A DNA stretch of 64,000 nucleotides, from the NCBI GenBank assembly GCA_951406725.2, contig OX597815.1, positions 156,240,001-156,304,000 of the forward strand, given 5' to 3'. Under the pieces are notes generated by a model, which did not search any database, had not been told where the DNA came from, and saw only the letters and a program-made list of their open reading frames with translations. The translations under genes were made by a program, and so were the position numbers. Shown piece after piece: positions 53,776 through 64,000 of the stretch. Each line of letters opens with the position of its first letter. Within the stretch, counting starts at the first letter, position 1. The DNA comes from Octopus vulgaris. Lineage: Eukaryota.

Positions 53776-54868
53776 GAGTTAAAATTGAAGTTTTGCAATT
53801 GAGCTCTTTTCATTGAAATCGTTCAGTTGAGCTCTCCAGAGCATTAAACTCTAATTGCATTATTATGAAAATGCAAACCATACAATGTGTTTGATCGGGA
53901 CCAGCAAGGTTGTCATTGACGAATGCAAAACAAAGGAAAATGTACGAATATATCTGTTGTTTCATTTTTCACCTCGGTAGTTTTCGTTGGGGCTTAACTC
54001 AAACTATTATCAATAGTGAGCTAAGTCACACCAACATCAAACCCTACTAATAGGACTCTTAGTGAAGGAGAAATTAATATGATTAGTGTGAGGTAGTAGA
54101 CAAAATGTCTATTCTCAATACAGAGATAAATACAAGTAGATACTGAATTTATTGTCATACAAGTGGTGAAAATAAGTCAAAGGAACGAATAGATTTAACA
54201 CCACTAATCCATAGAGGTACGAACGTGTGTCGCTGCGAGTGAGGTAAAGAAGATTCAGTTAAAGAAAAGATGAGATACAAGATTAGTGCAGACAGTGGCG
54301 TCAAACTAAGGAAGGGAAAGATGGGAAAAGAGATATAACGATAGCAATGTGTGTGCGAAGGATTTAATTAACATCAATATTCTAGCTGCCCTTGTAATAA
54401 GTTGTGGACGCTACATAAGAACAGTGCAGTAAGTTTATATTTACAAATAAAAAACGTAATACTGATAGAAAACTGTTATAAAATATCTATTGATATCTAT
54501 TGATAAAATATCTATGGATACTGTAGCCAACGAGGAACATTAAATGTCTCCTAACAGGAGTACGAATACCAACAGACAATGATTACATCCCCAAGAGAAA
54601 TCGAAAAATTAACCCCTACATAAAGACCTGAAAATGAATGTAAGCTGAATACGGGGGAGGAAAGGATAAATAATCTCAATAATAGTAGATGCGTTCAGAA
54701 TTTTGTTTTAAAAAATGCAGAGAAATGCATAAGCTCCAGGTGTTAGAAATATGCATAACATACAGGAAATACAACTACCGATACAAAACACTTCACCTTC
54801 CCAAAGCACACAAACCAGCGTTTGATAGTGAAGTGAAAGAATACAATGAAAATAGGGTTATTGAATAA

Positions 54869-54899
<31 letters not shown>

Positions 54900-54925
54900 G
54901 GAGGATGCTGATAATAATAATAATA

Positions 54926-55322
54926 AATGCCCTGATGCAGCACCAGGCAGTCGCTCTTGTGGCTTCTGATCTTAACTGATTGGAAGTGTTATCATGTGCA
55001 TTGTTTTGTCTTGGTATAAAAAATGGGCTACGGCAAATATTCTGCGCAATACCACAGATTTGCTTGTCAGTTGTTTGACCTTAGCCAGTTGACTATGTCC
55101 CTTAGTGGCTGATGATATGTGCATCTCTGATCACGAGCAGAAGTAGTGGGGAACATCATAGCCATGTGTTGAGAGGGATTCTTTGGGATTTGAATGATTC
55201 ACATCTGGAAACATGGGTGTTTCGTTCAACATCCTTAAACAACCTTTATTGAGGGACCTTTTGAGCGGGATGGGTTACTCGACCAGAAGAAAATTTTAAC
55301 TGGACCTCACCTGCAAGGTCAT
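54926..55322. repeat. Non-coding ~400-bp segment abutting (TGA)n(TAA)n; probable retroelement UTR
   Basis: Sharp compositional boundary at the microsatellite; GC-richer; lies among old Dong debris. Orientation undetermined. Confidence 0.35.
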
Positions 55323-55399
55323 ATTTGGAGAATTTCCGCATAGATGAAGACGATTTTAAAATGGCAAGGAAAACCATAAAACAGAATGGTGGGAGAAGG

Positions 55400-57050
55400 T
55401 AGCTCTAAACTCTCCATCCGACGTGATAGAGAATATCTTAAGATGCACGGTCACATAACGCTGCATCGGAGTTAAGTCACAAGCAGGCAAGAATAATCAT
55501 CCCAAGGCTGCTGGATAGGAAAACAGCATGAATGCCTTGATCCAATATTAGGCATCCAGAAACGATAAAAAAAAATCGCTGTCTATCCCATTGCATTCAA
55601 AGCATCAACGTCCATACTCTATGGCAAGCTGATTACTCAGCTCGATAGCAATACCGTATTGCTAAAGGAAGAGAAAGGATCCCAAAACTTTATGTATGTT
55701 TTAAGAAACAAACAGACGAACCAGGTTATTATAGATGAATGCAAGAGGAAAACACACCAGCTTAGGATGACCAGGATTGGTTACCTAAAAATATTTGATA
55801 GTATATCACACGATGTATCACACGGCGTATAAAAAAAGCTGCTTCCATACTAGTAAGATGTATTGACTACACAACGTCAAAATTGAACACACACATACAT
55901 ACTTAGATATATACACACACACATATATATATGAATATATATGTATGTATGTATATATATATGAGTGTCTGTGTGTATGTATGTATATATTTATGTGTAT
56001 AAACGTGTATATGTGTACATTTCTGTCGAAATAGAAAACAACTATATCGCATCAAGGCAGAGAGAAACGAAAACCAATCCTAGTCTTATAAGAAAAGAAA
56101 TCCTAGAGGTAGACTTATAATCCTTTCTAATCTACCTAGCTTTGTCTACGTTAACAAATTCTTTGAATAAAACCGCCAATTGTTATAGAAGCTACAAATA
56201 AACTTTAAACTATCTTATCTGTTTGGATGCCTTAGAAACATCTATACAGGCCGACGTTCAGAAAACTTATTCCAAATCCTTCTTAAATTCGACCAAGACA
56301 AATATTACGTAGCAAGATTCGACAAGTAAATTCTAATTAAAACGGAATGCTAAAGAAAAAACCTGACTCATATTTTAGAAGAATACCGTGCTACAAATTA
56401 GATGAGACATTTAAATATACAAATAATTCTATTAACAATACAGTTTCAACATAAACTAGAAATTAAATTAACTGAAAAACATAGAAAAGAAGCCAGAAAA
56501 CTATAAATAAAGTTTCTAAAATAAAAAGAAATATAAACGAAATTCCAACGAAAAATAGAGCACACTGCTCCATGGCCAATACAATGAAAGAGTACAAAGA
56601 AAGGAAGTTAGGAAAGAGTGGGAGATAACAATGGCTTAGTAGCTTTGCATTAAACGCAGAAACGGAAGATCTTATTTTAACCCAATAAAACCAATGTCTA
56701 ACCTCAAATAATATAGAACAATATAGAATAATGTATATAACCAAGTGTAGGTTAAATAGTCGATACATCATTTCCGACTATCTAGTCATTACAAAGTCCT
56801 GATATTAAAATTACAGTGGTGTTAGTTGCTATATCTATTATACATCATATTTATACGGTTTATACGGTTATAAACATTACGTTTACACGGTTACCAAATA
56901 CGAAACTTGATAACGAACGGGTCACGTGCATCTGGAACCTACGGCACTAGATCGACAAGAAGAAAAAAAAACAAGCAATTCAGATATACTTATCAAGGAC
57001 TGCAACGAACCTGCATGTACCCTGATACACAAGCGGGTTCTTTCATCCCG
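55400..57050 (+). mobile_element. Old decayed Dong-like copy (RT to RLE) with an internal replacement
   Basis: NQVIIDECKRKTHQLRMTRIGYLKIFDSISH, LNYLICLDAL (like HLLYMDDL), LHGQY, QWLSSFALNAETEDLI and DNERVTCIWN...DILIKD occur in colinear order. Confidence 0.7.
56327..56566 (+). repeat. 240-bp direct repeat, copy 1
   Basis: About 6-7 substitutions (by eye) relative to 58816-59055. Confidence 0.95.
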
Positions 57051-57450
57051 AAACATTGCAAGAAGCTTCCCTTGCTGCCACTTCTGCAGCAGCAACTGAT
57101 GTACGTCGTATTTATTAGAAATCCATTCATTGCGATTTCAGAGCAGTATCGGCAATAATAAATCTATTGTATATTCTCTCATTCTAATTACTATTCAGCT
57201 CTCATTCGTACATCTCTATTCGGAATAACTGCAAATCGCGGCATTGTATGCAGAATCTCTAAATAACGGTGTTGTGTTAATGTCGGATTTACCACGTAAA
57301 GAAATCTATAAATTGCAAATTGCAATGAAATGCTAATTCCGATTGCCAAGATTATCTGAGAACTATGCCACGTAACGATAATTCTTTAATTTGAAATGAA
57401 GACTTCTTAGAACCTTAACATATGTGTGTACATGTATTCATACTTGTATG

Positions 57451-57482
<32 letters not shown>

Positions 57483-57530
57483 GTTCATACATATATGTCT
57501 GTGTATATATAAGTGTGTGTGTGTATTCAC

Positions 57531-57611
<81 letters not shown>

Positions 57612-57827
57612 CATGTATGTATATATGTATATGCATATGTACGTATGTAATATAATTGTTTTGAGAAACAAGATTGATTAGAAATTCTCTTACAATGTAG
57701 AGGTTTGGACTTACAAATGCTCAAGAGTAACTTCAGACAAAGACAAAAGATAGATACTTTACATATTCATATGTACGTATGTATATATGTTTATATATAT
57801 ATGTGCACACACATTATATATATGTGC

Positions 57828-57883
<56 letters not shown>

Positions 57884-58815
57884 TTATTTATATATTTAGG
57901 TGTGTGTCTTTCCATCTGTGTTTGTACACCATACCGCTTGACAACCGATGTTAGTGTTTTTACGGCCCTGAAAGTTAGCGATTCGGCAAAATAGACCGAT
58001 AGAATAAGTACTAGGCTCCAAAAATATGGACGTCAATTTGTTCGACTAAACCCTTCAAGGCGGTGCTCCAGCAGGATCACAGTCAGCTGACTTAAACAGG
58101 TAAAATAAAATAAAATAAATACACACACACACACACACTCATATATGTATATATGTATACCACGTTTAATATCATTGACGTATAAAATCTGCAATCATCG
58201 TTGAAATTGTAGCTAAATGTCTCTCAACCCACATCTTAACTTCTTTAAAGGGCATTTTGGTTTAAATAATACCGGGTTCTCTGCACTCAAGAGAAAGACA
58301 GCATTATATCTCGAACGCTTTTCATCATAAGCTAACCTTGGAATAAAGAACAACGATATCAAGTCTCTATACGGTTAGGTAAGTGAATCTCTAAGTGTTT
58401 CCTCGACCTGGTACAAATCGACTCTACACTTCCTGAAATCATATACCTTTTACCGAATTTAAAGGAAGAACAACCCCTGACAGTGTACTCCTACATATAA
58501 CATGTCTTAAATGTTATGAAATGGCAGTGGCTTTAAGGATGGATTAGGGATGCGTCGTGTTAAACAACAAAATCTACTATCACTGATGTGTTTATTTGTC
58601 ATGAGACATGAAATTACAATTTTTAACTGGTGTCCTAATGATTGAAATAAGTATTACATTCAAAGAATACTTCCAAGTATTCAAACTCTGCAACTCAGTT
58701 GATAGAAATCGTAAACGTTTATTGACTTCAATTTCATGTTTGTCATCCTCAGGAAATATTGCATATAATATAAAGACGAAGGTCCTATTTTCAAAGTCCC
58801 ATACTATTAGTCTAC

Positions 58816-59055
58816 TAAATGCTAATTAAAACGGAATACTAAAGAAAAAACCTGACTCATATTTTAGAAGAATACCGTGCTACAAATTAGATGAGACATT
58901 TAAATATACAAATAATTCTATTAACAATACAGTTTCAACATAAACTAGGAATTAAATTAACTGAAAAACATAGAAAAGAAGCCACAAAACTATAAATAAC
59001 GTTTCTAGAATAAAAAGAAATATAAACGAAATTCCAACGAAAAATAGAGAACACT
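58816..59055 (+). repeat. 240-bp direct repeat, copy 2 (probable donor, within a decayed L1-like remnant)
   Basis: Matches 56327-56566. Continues into LISAEKAF-like (D.EKAFD) sequence near 59200. Confidence 0.9.
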
Positions 59056-59980
59056 ATTCTTGAGGTCTAAAGCCAAAGAAATAACGTAGCATTCTACATC
59101 AGCAAAGATTTCGGACTTTAATAACGAAATAAAACTATATGTTTATCGAGCAACAACCAACTGAATAGAAAATCTGATATTATCATCATCATCCCTACTT
59201 TATAAGTGCAGAAAAAGCTTTCACTTTTGTTAAAATCCTCGGACAAATTACCTTTGGGGCAAATTCTATTATGAACAAATCCAGCATAATAGCTACATGA
59301 TTGGAGTTATGAATAAAGGTGGAGGTACTTCAGTATTGTGAGAGCGTGTAGCCTAGTGGTTAGGGGTGTTGCACACGCGTTCGTGAGATTGTGGTTTCAC
59401 TTCCTAGACTGAGTGGTGCGTTATGTTCTTGAGCAAAACTCTCACGTTGCTCTGCGATCCTTTTCACAACGTGCATATGATACCCTGTGCACCTGTCCAG
59501 ACACGACAATTTGATGGGGAGAGTAAGCTAATGTGCGGCACGAACATTTGATCAATATATAAGCAAATCGGAACAGTCACACGTCGTCTTCGACGAGAGA
59601 GTCCATCGTTTCAGCACTAGCTTTTGCTAATAAGCTTTTGTACTTGGAAAAAGCGAAAATATTGATTACAATATAATGAAAAATTCACTAAACTCAAGTT
59701 TCCCGTCGTGGAAGATTTAGACACTTAAACTTGGGTCTGTCATGAGCCCTACGACTCATATGGCCAGAGCTTAATCCGGTTTCTATGGCGCATAAATAAC
59801 TGAGAATTTAGCACTGTTCTTTCCAGGAAGCGAAACCACAATATTTCGATCGTGAAGGCAACACACAAACTACTAGACCATGCGTCTTCAGACGACTGAA
59901 GGGCAAGGGGTGTAAAATTGGTTTCTAATAACATACTGAACTTCTTTCTGAAATGCTTTGATCCCTCAATATAAGAGGGA

Positions 59981-60015
<35 letters not shown>

Positions 60016-60022
<7 letters not shown>

Positions 60023-60170
60023 TTGAATGAAGTTAAAACAGGGTCTGGTTTTTACGTATTTTATTATGGTATTTTAACATTAAGAAAGATTTTGTACTTT
60101 AAAATGCTAAAAATACTATAATAAAAAAAATAAAAACCAGACCCTGTTTTAAATTTATTCAACTGATATA
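60016..60170. repeat. ~155-bp palindromic element beside (TA)n; short member of the 25845-26220 family
   Basis: ATATCAGTTGAATGAAGTTAAAACAGGGTCTGGTTTTTA / TAAAAACCAGACCCTGTTTTAAATTTATTCAACTGATAT. Confidence 0.9.
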
Positions 60171-60197
60171 TTATTCCATACACATTCACACGAATTC

Positions 60198-60233
<36 letters not shown>

Positions 60234-61148
60234 CGGGATGAAAGATTTCCAGGTTCGGTTATGTTCGTGCTCGAATTCTTCAACACTAAACCGATATAAA
60301 TCTATCATGTCCTGGATATGATTCAAGTTTAAGATTACTAACTTTCTCAGTTAATTAGATATACCGAGGTAATGTGGAATAGGTCCTGATCAAATCGCAT
60401 TCGTATCCCTCTTTAGCCGATGAGAATTAGAAAAGAGACTAGATGCAACAATCTTTCAAAATATCATGAGTTGAAACGGCTTCAAGCAAGGATTGGCTTT
60501 GTGGTAAGGACTTTGCTTACCAACCACATGGTTCTGGGTTCAGTCCTATTGCGTAGCACTCTGGGCAAGTGTCTTCTGTATAGTCTTGGGCCGACCAAAG
60601 CTTTGTGAGTGGTAGACGGAAACTGAAAAAGCTCGTCTTGTATAAGTGTGTGTGAGCGCGCGTGATAAGTAGTGGTATGTACATATATGTATGTATATAT
60701 GCATATATTTATATCTTATTTACATTATTATATGATCGAACGCCACGCATTGTATTCCAAGTAAGTTTTATCTTAATAATTATGATGCGCACTCTTCCTT
60801 ACTATTTCTCCTCTGTCTATTTCTCTCCCTCACTTCTAATTCATCTTTTCTGTTTTTCTCTCCCACCATTCCCTATTCTTCTCCTCTCCTCTTCACCGTT
60901 CCCTTTCTCTTACTCCTCCTCCTCATCATCCTCGACTCTCATGTCAATGACACGTGTTCAGAAGGGAGCCATCTTTTCAACTGCTATCTTCCCCAAGACC
61001 AGACCGCTTATTCTATCTCTCTCATAAGCTGTCCCCTCAAGCGTTCAGAATAATTTTTCCATCGTCTTGGCTTAACAGCCTTCATCATAATGTATATGAC
61101 TTGAGATGTTTGCGTTGCTTTAACGTTTGTTTTCTTCTTTAACAATTG

Positions 61149-61184
<36 letters not shown>

Positions 61185-61474
61185 TATACATACTTATACA
61201 TACTTATACATACATATATATGTCTATACATATGCATACATATTAGATGTTGCTACACATCGCTGGTCACAATACGCTTCGCATTATTTTAGTCTTTAAA
61301 TGACGCCACCCTCTTGGCTAAGCGAGCAGGCCAACAGAAAAAAGAGTGAGAGAAAGTTGTGGCGAAAGTTGTGAGAGAAAGTCCTGTAGAAGCTCCTTCT
61401 ATAAAATAAATTAATTTACTCTGCTATGTATTGAGTACCTTATTTACTGTGGTTAACCCCGACTCAACCCGGGA

Positions 61475-61541
<67 letters not shown>

Positions 61542-61542
61542 G

Positions 61543-61596
<54 letters not shown>

Positions 61597-61992
61597 AATT
61601 AAAATGAGAGATCTGTGTACCGGTCAAAATAGAACCAATTATTACTTAGTGTAGCGAATAGTCTAGAATAAGATTTCCAGTCAAAATCACTCCACAATAA
61701 CATGTCTAAGTTCAGTTATCATAATGCTTTTGAGAAATAAATGCGTGTCACTGCTTCTCATTTCCCTCTACCACCCGTTTCACTGTAACACCATATATCA
61801 GCAGTCTTGAGCCTATGAAAGAAATCAATGATTTTAGTTTCCGAACGTGGACCACATACAATGTAAGACATTACTCAAAAATGATTTATCTTCCTTGCAA
61901 GGAAATTCTAATTCTTGCGACGCATATTAACGCTATATTTCGTGATGAAGTGATTAATAATGCAGGTTGTTTAAAGTTAGTTTCATTCATCT

Positions 61993-62164
61993 GAAGAAGA
62001 AGAAGAAGAAGAAGAAGAAGAAGAAGAAGAAGAAGAAGAAGAAGAAGAAGAAGAAGAAGAAGAAGAAGAAGAAGAAAGAGGAAGAGGAGGAGGAGGAGAA
62101 GAAGAAGAAGAAGACGAAGAAGAAGAAGAAGAAGAAGAAGAAGACGAAGAAGAAGAAGAAGAAG

Positions 62165-62195
<31 letters not shown>

Positions 62196-62278
62196 TGAAG
62201 AAGAAGAACAAGAAGAAGAACAAGAACAAGAAGAACAAGAACAAGAACAAGAAGAACAAAAACAAGAAGAAGAAGAAG
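61993..62278. repeat. Long (GAA)n-based purine tract with GAG/GAC/CAA variants
   Basis: Directly visible, ~285 bp. Confidence 0.97.
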
Positions 62279-62740
62279 TAAAGATTTCTGCATCTCATCC
62301 CAAATCTACGAGTCCTACGAGTACACTGCTGCATAGTTACGGTGAGATCGTAATTATACACACCATGTGACTGAACCAATCGATTTATCGATCTGAATCT
62401 AGTCAGCGTGGAATTTTGTTAAAACACGTAGATTTGGTTTATTAACACGATAGATTTGATCTCAGCAAAATCGGTCAAACGTGAAGAAATGCCGGATTGG
62501 TTATTGCGTTATTTAGTTTCACTGGAGACAATATACGCACTACAAAGATCTTAAATTGACAATTAAGCAATTAGTAATAGCTTTCTTGATTATTCTTCAC
62601 CATAATAATACTTGACACATTTTTATGCTTGCGTACAAACTCGTTAATTAAACTAATATGCACACTCGCATACAGTTTACATATTTAAAGGGACGAACAC
62701 GAACCCATCATATTACACGGCACATCACCTCCGTCCACAG

Positions 62741-62874
<134 letters not shown>

Positions 62875-64000
62875 GCATATATACAGAGCGAGGGAGTGAG
62901 AGAAAGAGAGAGAGGTGAGACCGAAATAGAATAGAGGAAAGAAAAAGATAGATAGAAACAAGTAGAGAAGGGAGAGGGAGAAACGGAGAGAAAAAGAGAG
63001 ATAGAAATCATGTTATAATTATCGTATTTTGGAGATATATCGAAGCTTTTAATTAGGCACAAGATTCTTTAATTATGAAGTGAATAAGTGGCATTTTGCA
63101 TGGTTCATGCTTTAACTAGATTATGATGTGAACCGAAATACTTTAAAGTTGGGTGGCTCTGTGGCCGGGGAAATGATGAGGACAATGGTGTTGATAATGT
63201 TGATGCTGATGATTACGGTGGCGGTTGTTCAGAAGTTATTGCCAATGGCTGTAGTGCTGTTGTCGTTGTTGATTATTTTAATTCCAAAGGAATTATCGTT
63301 GTCGCCATCGTTTTTTTTTTTTTGTTCGTGGTGGAGTTTAGCTTTGGCTACAGACTAATGGAGCAGATGTAGAATCAAAGCGTGTTGCTGTCGTAATTAT
63401 CTTGTCTGTCGGCGTATATGTAAGACCATATTATCTCCTATGTCATTCACATTATATAACGCTGTGACATTATTTGTGGGAGACTTGAATGCTATTTCAA
63501 AACGATGAGCCACAACACAGAGGCTTCTTCTTTGGCTTGAAGCTATTGACTATATAAATGCTTGCTGGGATGATTTGGGGATGAATTGACAGAATGGTCA
63601 ATACATCGGAAAAAATGCTTTGCGGTGTTTATTCTTTTTTTTTTTTTTTAACGTTCTGAGTTTAAATCCTGTCAAGGCGAAATGTGTTGTTCATTCATTT
63701 AAAGTCGAAGAAATAGTCCTCGAGTCAAATAATAAGCTAGATTTAGCCGAGTAGCTATCTCGACTAACACAATTGCCCCGATCAGCTGGCATCCACAGGG
63801 TCACAATGAAAGGTGAATTGACGAGTACAATGATATCACGTCTGTAATGCTTGTACTGCTATATATACTACTGCTAACACAATACACACTCATTTTCTCA
63901 TGCACATACACATTTCATTATACGTTCACTCAGATACAATAATAAACAGATAAGAATAATTATAGTATCAATGCTAAGGAACGATCGTGTATGATGATAA

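Noticed and set aside
56327-59055. Direct repeats interpreted as LTRs of a 2.7-kb LTR element or TRIM
   Set aside because: No TG...CA ends, PBS, PPT or TSD. The interior continues the flanking Dong remnant and unrelated SINEs.

Overview
AT-rich, microsatellite-saturated animal DNA, intronic or intergenic. The mix of SINEs, LINEs and (TA)n/(TACA)n/(TAA)n repeats suggests an octopus or other coleoid cephalopod (inference). There is no intact host gene, rRNA, tRNA gene or CRISPR array. Almost all ORFs in the track are microsatellite artefacts. Recognisable coding remnants are all transposon-derived: an L1/Tx1-like RT, a young 5'-truncated CR1-type LINE nested in a SINE, a well-preserved R4/Dong-type RLE retrotransposon in (TAA)n plus older Dong debris, two mariners, a Tc1, a Penelope-like GIY-YIG fragment and a probable non-autonomous Helitron. 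One good candidate host exon lies at 963-1071 (-). The most interesting signals are: (i) (TA)n-embedded, partly fold-back fragments with degenerate minimal-hammerhead-like cores, probably Penelope-like termini; (ii) a 240-bp templated insertion replacing about 0.7 kb of an old Dong copy; (iii) an exact 40-bp duplication giving two 23-nt microexon-like units. I cannot support a claim of a wholly new biological system. All alignments were done by eye, and boundaries of decayed repeats are approximate.
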